Positions 42,921 to 59,053 are shown, counted from the stretch's first letter. The stretch: DNA of 64,000 bases from Octopus vulgaris (GCA_951406725.2 OX597828.1:17112001-17176000); one strand, 5' to 3'. Notes: generated by a model from the letters alone, not told the origin. A program made the numbers and translations.

Positions 42921-44689
42921 TGTTATCGCGGTTAGCTCATGATCATGGATTACACATTACTGGCTAAGTTGTCTATGATTTACGATTTTAATTTATTGTA
43001 ACCTTGCTCACTTTAATGCTGAATCGCGCTTGATCATAAGGTTTGCTGGACAGAGGTTAACGTAGAGGTTAAGCAACAACATAATGCCATCAATAGGAAA
43101 CGAACACATGGTAATTACACAGTTCACCAAAGAATCTTACCTACCTGGCCAGTGTTATATACATCAATACTTATTCGTATCAAAAACAAAGTAGTTTTAT
43201 TCGATATTTCTCACTGAAGCTATTGTCGCTATTAATTATGTATGTAAGAAGTAAGTTTTTGTTACAACCTGTTCTTAATGCTTTCATGATAAATTGCCAC
43301 AAATGAAGAATACACTTCTGTTAACATGTTTATTGATTGACTAACTTCGTAAGGACTTAATTCGTTATAATCACAGAAGCGACCTATTGTCATTTCTAAA
43401 CTGAAGTGCTACTTAAAATATGAAAAGCAAATGACTGCAAGGCACTGAAAATTACTTGCAAATATGAAATATATCTTTGCTTTATAAACGTGTCATATAC
43501 AATCATCGACATTAGCAAATATGTCCTATATAATCGTAACCATACAAGAAATTATCAAGTGTTAATCCTCTTAAAAACAAAATGGATATATGTGTAATAT
43601 ATAGATTCTGGCAATGTTTGTTCTGGTGCGTGAGTACAGCACTTATTGATTATGATCTACATGGTTACAACGAGAAAATGTGTCGACATATTATCCTCTC
43701 AAACTCACAAGAAACAGTAATTATTTTAACAAAGAAATAAGTAATTCTCTTTCGCTTCCTCGTTGTGTATTTTATACACTGGGTTAATTAATCAAACGTT
43801 TCTAATCTTATTAACCCTATTTTAAGGATTGTATAATCGTATTTATTAAAGTTAAGTAATTAGAAAACATCAGCTTAGCATCATAAAGTGCGAAGAATAT
43901 ATTCTTCATACACTGTAGGTAATTGGTATCGGAATCTCTTTTGGAAACTAGAACAAAGAATGCATTTAGTTTTCTCGATATTAATTTGTGATCTTTCAAT
44001 AATGTAATTTCTACAATATCTCTATCCTACTCTCTCTCTCTTGCTCCCTTTCTTTTTATTTTTATACCTTTTCCTTCTCAAACACTAATTATGTAATCCT
44101 CTTTCTACCACTCTCCGTCTTTCCCACTCTCTGTCTTTACCTCTCTCTCTCTTTCCCTCTTATATCAACACATGCCATAAATGTGTGTAAATATGCTTCA
44201 ATTCTTTGTTTACTTGTCATGACGTCTTTCGTTTTTATTTTGAATTTATCGCTTTTGGAGCTCTCATAACCTACAAATATAATATGTAGGTTGATAATAC
44301 ATTCCTGCTATTTGATAAATTGGTAAGATTACTGAACCAAATAACTTCTTGCAGTTGCTAACACACATTTAAAATTCTATTTAGAAGTTCGATGTTTCTT
44401 CCCGCTCCGTTCACCATCTCGTTGGCGATGGATTTTAATACCAAGTATATCGTCGTTCCGTATCGCAAAATCTGTGATCTTGTAATTAGGTTGTACATCC
44501 TTATTCAGAAACAGTATGGTGAAACAGTATGCATATTGTATATAAAGTTTTCCGGTATTTGATGACGTAATTTTAAGTAACGTTTTACTATAAAACTGAG
44601 ATCGACTTTAGATTTCTTCACTCAGGCGACGATAGTTTAGATGCAGCTTAAATATACCGAACTGGATGAAGCTGCTAAATGCGATCCTT

Positions 44690-45052
44690 TAAAAATTCGT
44701 TTCCACGAACATTCCAATGGCTGGAGCAGTTTGAATGGGAAACGATGCCATACCTACCATATTCGCCGGATATTGTCATATCTGATTATAATTTATTCAG
44801 TAGTCTTCAGAATCATTTGGAAGAAACAAATATGAATTCTGTAGCACGAGAACTGTACTGGAGGAGTATTTTTCGCCACGGACGAGTGAATTTTGGAAGA
44901 GGGGCCTTGCAAGTCTACCAAATAGATGGAAGAGCATTGTAGAAAATGAAGTTGAGTATATTTTTAGATTTAAAAAACAACTTTGTTTATTATAAATTTG
45001 AACAATAAAAGAAATATTTAAAGAACCGCATCATTTTTGGGATGATTCAATA
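44690..45052 (+). mobile_element. Old mariner 3' fragment with right TIR
   Basis: WETMPYLPYSPDIVISDYNLFSSLQNHL; F W..G..SLPNRWKSIVENEVEY; ends accgcatcatttttgggatgattcaa|ta. Confidence 0.85.
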
Positions 45053-45598
45053 CATGCGTTGTGTTTGGAGATGGATTGTAGTAGTCACGACAGAAACGTA
45101 CTAAATTATAGATAGTTATCAGGGATGATCTGGGGATTAACTCTAACAATAACAAGAGTAAATATATAAATAGACTATATATATTCAAATTGATCGATAA
45201 GAACTAGCAGGCATACCTCGCTAAACTGAACGTTACATGCTGAAAAATCGCACTTGATGAATGGATGTAGAACGAAGAAGAACATCAGGCAGTACGCTTT
45301 TGACAAGAGGTGTTGCTTTTAGATTCAAAGTTCTACGACCGTAATTCTGCTGAAGGCTGATGTCGTTATAGAACAATAAAAGCACTGACGTCATCAACCA
45401 GAGCTATGGGAAAATAATCACTACAACCGATTAATATGCTAATGAACGCTATTAAGGATATGATAATTAACATCATGTGGCACTTATATAATGAAGGGGA
45501 TATACATACATACATACATATATATATATATATGTATATATATATATGTGTGTGTATGTATGTATGTATGTATGTATGTATGTATGTATGTATGTATG

Positions 45599-45806
45599 TA
45601 TATTGTGTGTTGAAGACTTCCAGGTTTTGCTTACAGGAGAATCAGTTAATTATGATCAATTCAACATATTCCTCTGAGATTCACACACACATTGTAGCGG
45701 TCCTCCTCGGGATTTCTAAGCCCCGTAAATGGACTCGGAATACTGGGCTTCCAACCAGGCGTTCGCAACACCCTTAGAGCCAGGGCCTTTTCAGCACCCC
45801 TTCGTG

Positions 45807-45808
<2 letters not shown>
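45599..45808 (-). mobile_element. Mariner-derived MITE, same family as 33807-34024
   Basis: Reverse complement shares gctgaaaag..cctggc, gggcttagaaa and ggaatatgttgaat..atcat.attaactgat.ctcctgtaa. Confidence 0.75.
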
Positions 45809-45889
<81 letters not shown>

Positions 45890-46059
45890 ATAAAGTTTTA
45901 ATTCTCAAACGCGTGATAATGATAATAAAATAGCGAGAACAGGATAAATTGCCCATACATTGCAGAAAAATATGTTACCGGCCAGCCATGAGATTCGAAC
46001 TCACCTACATATGCATTATACATGTATATACGTATATATCTGTATGTATGTATATTTTT

Positions 46060-46632
46060 GAAAAGGCCTGATCAAAAAGTATCCGGACTGTTGACATAGT
46101 AACGGAGCAATAATTACGCAAAGTAAAGCCGCTGGGCACAGATTGAATTTGAACTCTGTTGTGCATGCGCGTTATGTTTTAACGTCCTAGCACGCTTCCG
46201 CTGTTTCCAATAGTGCTTGGAAGGAAGATATGTAGCGTGTGATTGTTGCATTGACTATGACAGAGAGAGTTGTCATACCGATATCTGCTCAGAGGCCCAC
46301 GCAAAGTTGCAGAAAGTGTATGGCGAGGAGTGTAGTAGCCGCAGAGAAGTGTACGAGAGTTTCCGACTTTTCCAAGATGGCCTAAAAGATGTCGATACTG
46401 ACAAATTTTCTGAGAGATCGGCAACCAGCAGAACTGAGAAAACAATGCGGATGTACGTGCAACTGTGAGGGGAAATCGTCGAATCGCAATCAAAGGATGT
46501 GCAGATTAATTACGATTCAATTCAGTCTCTCATCACTGAAGATTTGTGTATGAAACGTGTGTAAGCCAAATTTGTGCCAAAACTGCTTTCAGTTGACCAA
46601 AAGGACACTTGGGGTTCAGTTCTACAAGACCT
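46060..46632 (+). mobile_element. Mariner 5' fragment (left TIR + HTH + WVPHEL-like motif)
   Basis: gcctgatcaaaaagtatccggact TIR; EAHAKLQKVYGEECSSRREVYE..RLFQDG; AKFVPKLLSVDQK. Confidence 0.88.
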
Positions 46633-46751
46633 GTCAGTTTGTCTGATGGCTGTTTCTCTGTCACTCTATTTACCTATCTATCTATCAATATATATATATA
46701 ATTGAATAAGGGTAGAAATTGATGCCAATCAATTAAAACCAGTGACCTAGC

Positions 46752-46777
46752 ATATTAAAAAAATCCGAAGATTAAAA

Positions 46778-46864
<87 letters not shown>

Positions 46865-46880
46865 ATATATGTATATATAT

Positions 46881-46942
<62 letters not shown>

Positions 46943-46980
46943 CATATATACGTATATTTTAATCTTCGGATTTTTTAATA
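46752..46980. repeat. About 27-bp inverted repeat enclosing a TA microsatellite
   Basis: tattaaaaaatccgaagattaaaaat ... atttttaatcttcggattttttaata. Confidence 0.8.
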
Positions 46981-47000
46981 ATGATATATATATATCTATT

Positions 47001-47039
<39 letters not shown>

Positions 47040-47244
47040 TTAAATTTATTAAGTCACTCTAAAGGAGATTACGACACCGTTACTGGAAATTAATAGTTAT
47101 CGCCATATTTATATGGCAGTCTTATAAATATAAGACCAAAGCTGTCGCTGATTAGCTCCAAGAGGCCACCGCCTCAAGCTAGCAATTTGACACACAACCT
47201 GCGTCCATTATAAACCTACGAATAGGGGAGGTCAGCCGCTTCAT

Positions 47245-47320
47245 TCTGCCAGTCAGACAGCTGCAGACATGTTTCAGGGTATTTGCCCTTTATCAATGCA
47301 ACGTAGTCAGACCCAGCAGG
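47245..47320 (-). ncRNA. Full-length type I hammerhead ribozyme, U3-A8 variant (copy 1)
   Basis: CUGCUGGGUC-UGACUAC-GUUGCA-UUGAUAA-AGGG-CAAAUA-CCCU-GAA-AC-AU-GU-C^UGCAGC-UGUCU-GAC-UGGCAG; cut between 47266 and 47265. Confidence 0.85.
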
Positions 47321-47624
47321 TGTCGCTACTGACTGTCCCTGTTCGAAGAATCTAATTACCTAGTTTCAGTGGAATACATCCATTTGTTTTCAATAATAGA
47401 AATATTAAAATTACTAAGTCTCTCTAAAGGAGATTACGACAGCGTTACTGGAAATTAATAGTTATCGCCATACTTATATGGCAGTCATATAAATATAAGA
47501 TTAAATCTGTCGCTGATTAGCTCCAAGAGGCCACCGCCTCAAGCTAGCTATTTGACACACAACCTGCGTCCATTATAAACCTTCGAACAGGGGAGGTCAG
47601 CCGCTTCATCCTGCCAGTCAGACA

Positions 47625-47666
47625 GCTGCAGACATGTTTCAGGGTATTTGCCCTTTATCAATGCAG
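47625..47666 (-). ncRNA. Hammerhead ribozyme copy 2 (core intact, distal stem I lost at the inversion junction)
   Basis: CUGCA-UUGAUAA-AGGG-CAAAUA-CCCU-GAAAC-AU-GUC^UGCAG; 365 nt from copy 1. Confidence 0.8.
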
Positions 47667-47869
47667 GAGCTAATCAGCGACAGCTTTTGTCTTATATTTA
47701 TAAGACTGCCATATAAGTATGGCGATAACTATTAATTTCCAGGAACGCTGTCGTAATCCCCTTTAGAGAGACTTAGTAATTTTAATATTTCTATTATTGA
47801 AAACAAGTGGATGTATTCCACCGAAACTAGGTAAAAAGGTTCTTCGAACAGGGACATTCAGTAGTGACA

Positions 47870-47945
47870 CCTGCTGAGTCTGACTACGCTGCATTGATAA
47901 AGGGAAAATACCATGAAACATGCCTGCAGCTGTCTAACTGGCAGG
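47870..47945 (+). ncRNA. Hammerhead ribozyme copy 3, probably inactivated
   Basis: GCUGCA-UUGAUAA-AGGG-AAAAUA-CCAU-GAAAC-AU-GCC-UGCAGC: stem II mismatch and GUC changed to GCC. Confidence 0.7.
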
Positions 47946-48096
47946 ATGAAGCGGCTGGCCTCCCCTGTTCGAAGGTTTATAATGGACGCAGGTTGTGTGT
48001 CAAATATCTAGCTTGAGGCGGTGGCCTCTTGGAGCTAATCAGCGACAGCTTTAGTCTTATATTTATAAGACTGCCATATAAGTATGGCGGTAACTA

Positions 48097-48136
<40 letters not shown>

Positions 48137-48255
48137 TACGCACATATATACATATATATATGAGTGTGTGTGCGTGTGTGTATAGAGGGAGTGAGAGAGG
48201 ATGAGAGAGACGGATAGATAGATCAGCCGATAGATAAATAGATAGATAGGTGCGT

Positions 48256-48418
48256 ACGGTTTGCCTCTTTCAAGATCTGCCTACCAAATCCACTCACAAG
48301 GCTTCGGTCGGCACGAGGCTATTGTAGAAAACACTTGCCCAAGATGCCACGGATATGGACTGAAGTCGGAATTATGTGGTTGGGAAGCAAGCTTCTTACA
48401 TCACAGTCATGCCTGCCT
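48256..48418 (-). mobile_element. SINE family 1 head (older copy)
   Basis: ctaccaaatccactcacaaggcttcggtcggc...cacttgcccaagatgccacg. Confidence 0.85.
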
Positions 48419-48758
48419 ATAAAATACATCCTATTGCTTTGAAACATCCCGACCACATATTATACTTCGTCGCAATGTGGCTATATGCGCGCAGTGCCAG
48501 GTGGAACGTGAAAAATTAGACATTGTACTTTGAGCGAAGAGGATAACGTCGAACAAACATAACAATGAAGAAAATTTATATTAAACCACACACACAAAAC
48601 ACCCACGGAAAATACACAGACTCTCACTCACTATCTGTCACTCCGCAGCACCATCCTTGACGCTCACATAAAAACACACATATAGACAAATAGATATGAG
48701 GGCGTGTATACGATCGCACGTGTTTTTTGACACAGCCATGAGTACGTTACATGTTACC

Positions 48759-48796
<38 letters not shown>

Positions 48797-49011
48797 CATG
48801 AAAATCCGTTATGAATCTGTTTTATATAAATCAAATAGGATAAGGAAATTTAATTTTAAATGATGTAAAGTCTATACAAAATTTTCAATCGGCTTTTCTC
48901 ATGAAAAGACATGGGGTATTTTGGAAACACGATGAAACGAAAAAAAGTCTTCATTCACTAAGTTTAATCATATTTTTTCCTCCAGCCACAGTAGACAATC
49001 AAGTCTAAGCC

Positions 49012-52690
<3,679 letters not shown>

Positions 52691-53009
52691 CATCACCATC
52701 AATGTCAACACTACTCCCATAATGGAGCATAATCCTCATCATTATAACGTCTCGTGGATTCTCGAAGCATGTAGAATCATGTGCAAATGTGGAAACAAAA
52801 TATTGATTCTTTCTTTTATAACGTTGCTTTATCATAACTTTGCCAGGTCTTCTCTTGCTGCATCAGTTGCCTTTATTTCCTGATGGCGAAACTTGACTAT
52901 GATCTTCAATTTATGGTATACAGATTCCGTATTTATCACCGTCCTAGTCTGACGTCATCGATTCTCTTGTTAAATATTGATTTTTTTTTTTAAAGTTAGA
53001 TAGAAGAGA

Positions 53010-53245
53010 ATTCGAGTTACATTGTGGTTGGTGTGTTGCATTATGATCGCAAGGTCGTCGATTCGATTCCCGGTCCGGATTTTGAGTTATTTACTTCAAT
53101 AAAATATTTTATTTCACGTTGGGCAATCTCACTCAGCTATAAATGAGTTACCCTCTAAACGAACTAGTGACCCCTTTAAGGGAGATGTTTATAATCTCGT
53201 ATATTTATACGTCATAGAAACATGATAAGCGACACCATGAGGCGG
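53010..53245 (+). mobile_element. SINE family 3 (degenerate)
   Basis: gtggttggtgtgttgcattatgatcgcaaggtcgtcgattcgattccc head followed by tttcacgttg...cactcagcta. Confidence 0.7.
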
Positions 53246-53259
53246 AGGAATCGGAGAGT

Positions 53260-54670
53260 ACTTAGTTACTTTGACAGAAACTGCAAAAAATAATAATTCA
53301 TAAATAAAAAGAAGAAGTAAAAAGAAAAGGAATAAAAGAACGACAAAATACAAGTGCATTGGCCCTGACTGATGAAAATCTCTAGGGTCTGGTTTGAAGA
53401 ATGTATATCTACTATTTTTAGCCGATTGAGTGACACCAACGAATGCATTTGCTAAGACTGGCGAAGACTTTTAGGGTCTGAATTGAAAATTACAAACTTA
53501 GTTACTTCAACAGAAACTGCAAAAGATACTAATGTATAAATAGAAATAAGAAATAAAATGAAAAGGAAAAGAAAGAACGATAGTATACGAAGATTAGGTG
53601 GCATTAATCATATCTCTATAACATTATGCCCATTGTACTGCAATCTGATTTACTTTCAGTTAGAAATAAAACTGGACAAATGAAGCAGACCTGTATGTAA
53701 CTTTATTCTCTGTATGTAACTTTTATTCTGTTGTTCTTTTCTTCTGTATAGAGTCCATCTGTGATATTGTATATTGGTATATGATTGCCAAATCTGAAAG
53801 CCAAGGTTTGTAATAGTGAAATATTTGATAAAGGGGAACTCTGGATATTACTGTAATATAATACTGGTACCCGTTTTCTATTTATTATACTTAAAAGGTA
53901 AAAGTTACGTTACAATCCCTTTCCATATTAAAATTATATCTGAAGTGCAAATAAAGAGAAAGATGAGGTGGGAAAACAAAATTCAACAGAGGGGATATTT
54001 TTATCCGTCATCATGTTCCAACCTTTCTACATTTGTAGACTGACGTTGCCATCTTAATCACGTTCAAATTGAAATTTGAGATAGATGGACAACTGGATGC
54101 ATAGGGCGAAAGACAATAAAACAAAGTAATATAGGGAGAGTTGCGAACATAGAGAACCACAAGGCAGACAAATAGAAAGGGTGGGGCTGAGGAGGGGGGA
54201 CGTTGCAAAGTCTAGCACTTACAGATGAAAATAAAATATCAGCCCAGATGGAAGGAGATCACAGTGAGGGATCCAAGTCCATCGGCCCAGACTGATGAAG
54301 ATATCTTGGGTCTGATTTGAAATATATATACCCACTATTTTTAGCTGGTTGAGCGAGAGCAATCAATCAGTACTCTAAGTGTATTGGCCAGGATTGACAG
54401 AAATTTCTAGAGTCTAAGTTGAAAATATACTGCTACTATTTTTAGCAGGTTTGGTGAGACAATGAAGGCTCTAAGTCTATTGGCTGAGGCTGAACTGATG
54501 AAAATCTGTAGGCTTTGAACTAAAAAATATATTTCTGGCTGTGATATAGCAATTTGGGATCAAAATACATTGCTCCAGACAGACGGAGATTTCTAGAGGT
54601 CTCAATCGAGATATATGTAGCTGGTAGGTTCAGCGACAGCAATGAGGACATCAAGTGCTTCGGCACTGGG
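53260..54670 (+). repeat. Degenerate minisatellite of about 95-100 bp (53350-53500 and 54270-54670) plus an 85-bp direct repeat (about 53260 and 53497)
   Basis: Recurring aagt...ttggcc..gactgatgaa.atctctagggtctg.tttgaa.aatat...ctactatttttagc.g.ttgag.gaca. Confidence 0.7.
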
Positions 54671-56029
54671 TATAAAGCAAAAATAATGTAGGGTAGAATA
54701 CAGATAGAGCCGTTCACGCTTTCCAATATACTTAATAAAAAACAAGAATTAAATCGTTTATATAATACATAATCCAGGATTTTCATTCATCGTTTGATTG
54801 AATTTTGAGATTTGTGTTGAAAATAGTAGAATATGAAAGTAATTGACTCCGAAGTTACATGATTGAATGATTGTATATACAACATTAGCTGCATACTTGC
54901 ATATTTGTTTAGGCCTGGATTTTTTTTATTAGACTAGACATGTGGGTCTAAACACACACATACACACACACACACACACATACACACACACACAAACACA
55001 CAAAGACAATCACACACACGTAAACATAAACAAACACACATATACATACACATATTGATACATACTTACATAGTCCTACATATGCGTATTAGATACATGT
55101 ATGTTTGTATATATATTATATAAATTATATATATGTATATATATATATTCACATATATGAATATTTATAGCATATTTATATACATGCATCCACACTCACA
55201 CATATACATATATATGTTTCCATGTTTTACAGCCGATGACTAATAATTTTCTGTTATGTTTATTGAGATATATCTGGAAAACCAAAAAGAAACAAAAAGA
55301 AACAAAAAAAAAAAAACAAAAGACAAAACTGCTTTGTTTTATTATTTCAAGATGAATAAATTAATACGGTTTGGAGCCAGTATATATATGTTGTTGTTTG
55401 TCTATTATATAATAAAGTAGTTTTGTAGATACTAAATCGAACGTTTCTCTTATATAATGCACTATCTCTAAGAATATTTATTGATATTGTTTGTTTTGAA
55501 ATATTGCAGCATTTCTCCAGAGCTGTCTTACACTATTTTTTATGGTAAGTGTTTAGTTATACTGTTTGCTTGATTCTGTTTGGCTCACAGAATAAGAGCT
55601 TCTTTAATCATGTTATATATTACGATATATTCCACAGCAAACTGATATGTCTCATAACATAAATTCTAAATACATCTCAATAGTTATATCATTGGTGATC
55701 GTCTCATACGCGCACACGCGCGTTCGCACATACGTATGTGTGTCCGTGTGTGTTTGTATATGCATTATGTGTCTGTCTATATGTGTTTGTATGTCGCTTG
55801 TGGTATATGGTTTTGTAAGATTTTTGATGTGAAATCGCGAGATAAAAACAGATTTTTTGATGTATCGTGGGAGGGTTGTTTTTGTTTTGAATAGCAGGCA
55901 AAGCAGGGGACACAACCGGTGAATGCATGTCATTTTGAGGCTACGAATGACGGTAAACAGTCACTGAAAGAATTGTTATATATATAGTTGATTATTTAGA
56001 TAGGTAACTAATTGAGTAAGAATCCTTTC

Positions 56030-56166
56030 TACTATGGGCACAGGGGATCGGGTAAGTCGATTATATTGACCCTAGGATTCAACTGATAAATTTATCGACT
56101 TCAAAAGAACGGAAGCCAAAGACTACCTCGACGGAATTGGAACTTACAACTTGAAGACGGACGAAA
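56030..56166 (-). mobile_element. SINE family 2 fragment
   Basis: taagtcgattatattgaccc...tttatcgac...acctcgacggaattggaact...gaagacggacgaaatg. Confidence 0.7.
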
Positions 56167-56178
56167 TGTACATGTATG

Positions 56179-56229
<51 letters not shown>

Positions 56230-56329
56230 TATATATATACGTATATATATATATACATTATATATATACGTATATATATGTATACGTATATATTATATAT
56301 ATACGTATATATGTATGCGTATATATGTA

Positions 56330-56378
<49 letters not shown>

Positions 56379-56381
<3 letters not shown>

Positions 56382-56566
56382 GGTCCCGGGTTGAGTCGGG
56401 GTTAACCACAGTAAATAAGGTACTCAATACATAGCAGAGTAAATTAATTTATTTTATAGAAGGAGCTTCTACAGGACTAGAACTGTTTCATTCAAAAGAA
56501 ATCATCAGGAAGCCTGATGATTTCTTTTGAATGAAACAGTTCTAGTCCTGTAGAAGCTCCTTCTAT

Positions 56567-56572
<6 letters not shown>
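56379..56572. mobile_element. Short fold-back insertion in (TA)n with a perfect 60-bp palindrome
   Basis: Arms 56450-56509 and 56513-56572 with 3-nt spacer AAG. Confidence 0.85.
56465..56513 (-). ncRNA. Type I hammerhead ribozyme motif
   Basis: GCUUC-CUGAUGA-UUUC-UUUU-GAAU-GAA-ACAG-UUCUAGUC-CUGU-A^GAAGC; stems I and III perfect, stem II weak (U.U first pair). Confidence 0.8.
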
Positions 56573-56644
<72 letters not shown>

Positions 56645-57614
56645 CATGTACGTATACATGTATGCACATATATGCATATATTTATGTAGGTATATTGTGT
56701 ATACTCTATATTTACGCTTTGTATTGCACATAGCTGGTTTCAGTAGTTCTTCACGATAAAACTTTCGTTTAACAGAGCATACACCCGAATATTTAATGTT
56801 ACTTTAGCTACTTTATTTCCATATTAGCTGTGTTGCTAAGACACAGCCCATTCCTACCACACCGAAATAAACATCTCCTTTCATCATTTCAAATCTATAA
56901 ATTCACGTATGAATTTAGGCCTCTCCATTGACGGATTTGTTGCTATAGAATGGCTATCATCATTCTACCTGCTGTTTAATCAGCCTCATTGCATTCTGCT
57001 TCTGGATTCTTTGAATGATATACTTCATCAATCACACAGTATAGCACCATCTCCTGGCCCTTGTCTGTCTGTTGCGGCGTTCTTTGTGTTGCAAGATATC
57101 CGGTTCGGGTTGATTTACATGAGGATAGTTTCTTCAGATGTTTCATCTGCTGTTAGGAGTCCTAAGGATATAAAGAATCATTAGCAATATATGTATATTG
57201 TTTAATATGAAAACAGGATCTGTTTTTATGTGGGCTGTGTCCGACGATCGTGCTGGGGCACTGGACAATGTTTGGCCTGTTCTCATCACAAGAAACTAGT
57301 AGTAACACATAAAAACGCATATTGAGTTTCTTGAATAATATCTCTCACCAAATGCTGTACATTTTGGTTGATCCTAACATCATGGAATAGTACACTATAT
57401 ATATATATATGCTTATATATATACGTATATATATAAATTATTCTCAATGTGGTTTTACAGTCAAGTTTTGGCTGCTATTTCAAGCGTGGTGGTATCTCTT
57501 AGATACCCAAAATTAAAATTTTAATAATAATTATTACCTTTGAAGGATTTATTCCCATGCTGGCCACTTGATAAGATCAGTATTTAAATATCGATCTTAT
57601 CCTTATTCATATAA

Positions 57615-57648
<34 letters not shown>

Positions 57649-58130
57649 TATTATAAAAGGCAGATTTTATCTGCCTCCCTTTGTCAGTTATAGAAATCTA
57701 CAATATAGGATTTCTTCAATTACAATTTACTTAGCATTTTTAAGAGTAGAATGCATCGGGTTTTGCCAGGTCCACTTTTTAAAATTTAAACTCCAATTAA
57801 GCAAAATTTACAGAAAACTCACATTCTGGTGTGTGTGTCAAATGCTTTTCTTAATGTGTTTTACACCACACGCACACGCACACACACAGTGTGCAAGGAA
57901 TAAAATGAAAGTAATTCACCTTTTGTAGTGAGTGACTCTTTCTGTCTGCCACTTCCTCTTTACACACATAGACACGCAAATATATAAATAAAATTGTAAG
58001 CTAACGTGCGTGTGTGTGAGTGTGTGTGTGCGTGTGTGTGTGTGTGAGGGTGCGTGTGTGTGTGTGTGTGCGTGCGTGTGCGTGAGTGTGTGACAGGAAA
58101 GTATTTTAGGACGAATATAAGACCTATATC

Positions 58131-58567
58131 GGCGATGTTTCGCTTGTCGTAGCACAGGTTTCCGTCGATTTCCGTAAAAAAATTATTTTTTTACATAAGT
58201 AATGAGAACGAAAGAGACTAAGAGAAAGCGATTGTATGACGAGGGATGTTCTTTTGAAGTTTCCGTGCATGGGACGCATTGATGTACATGTGTGTGTGTG
58301 TGTTTGATGGAGTGTGGGAGACAGACAGTATGTTGTGTAAGTGAAGTGCTTCTGTTAGTGTGTGTGAAGAGACAGAGAGAGTAATGTGTGAAAGAGAGAG
58401 ATAACTGAAATTTTTTACTCGGTTTATGTGTATATGTATGTACGCATGTATGTGTGTGTGTATGTATGTGTGTGTGTGTATGTATGTATGTATGTATGGT
58501 CGATTCAGTGTTTACATTTTTTACGGAAATCGACGGAAACGTGTGCTACGACAAGCGAAACATCGCC
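58131..58567. mobile_element. Merlin-like MITE nested in the Helitron
   Basis: About 50-bp TIRs ggcgatgtttcgcttgtcgtagcac...ccgtaaaaaa; exact 8-bp TSD CCTATATC at 58123-58130 and 58568-58575. Confidence 0.88.
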
Positions 58568-58575
58568 CCTATATC

Positions 58576-59053
58576 CAAGTAGCAGAAAGATCGCCCAAAA
58601 GTGTATATAGATATTTAAATGTATTTATATATTCATCTATACACAGATGTATGTATAATGTGTGTGTATATATTTCCATACACGTAACCATTCACTCCGC
58701 ACAAAGTTTTTTAGGACGAAAATAAGATCTAAAGTTATCTCTAAGTAGCACAGAGATCGCCCAAAAGTGTATATAGATATATAAATGTATTTATATATTC
58801 ATCTATGCACACATGTATGTATAACGTGTGTGTATATATTTCCATAGATGTAACCATTCACTCCATACAAAGTTTTTTAGCACGAAAATAAGATCTAAAG
58901 TTATCTCTAAGAAACAGAAAGATCGCCCAAAAGTGTATATAGATATTTAAATGTATTTATATATTCATCTATACACACATGTATGTATAATGTGCGTGTA
59001 TATATTTCCATAGAGGTAACCATTCAATCCATACAAAGTTTTTTAGGACGAAA
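58576..59053 (+). repeat. 166-bp tandem repeat, about 3 copies, inside the Helitron
   Basis: gatcgcccaaaagtgtatatagatat at 58589, 58755 and 58921. Confidence 0.92.

Larger units (their letters stand above)
47031..48100. mobile_element. 365-bp tandem/inverted repeat element with one HHR per unit (retrozyme or Penelope pLTR-like), in (TA)n
   Basis: Units start at 47031 and 47396; inversion junction at 47665/47666; inverted units start at 47666 and 48031. Confidence 0.88.

Noticed and set aside
47790-47836. Possible second HHR per unit (UUGAAAA...GUGGA-UGUAU-UCCAC-CGAAAC-UAG-GUA)
   Set aside because: Extra bases before stem II and no convincing stem I in either copy
56900-57180. Possible minus-strand terminal exon (ccttag|...LLTADETSEETILM*)
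   Set aside because: Very short, with no homology or partner exon visible
58576-59053. CRISPR-like array
   Set aside because: Whole units repeat with no unique spacers; eukaryotic satellite inside a Helitron
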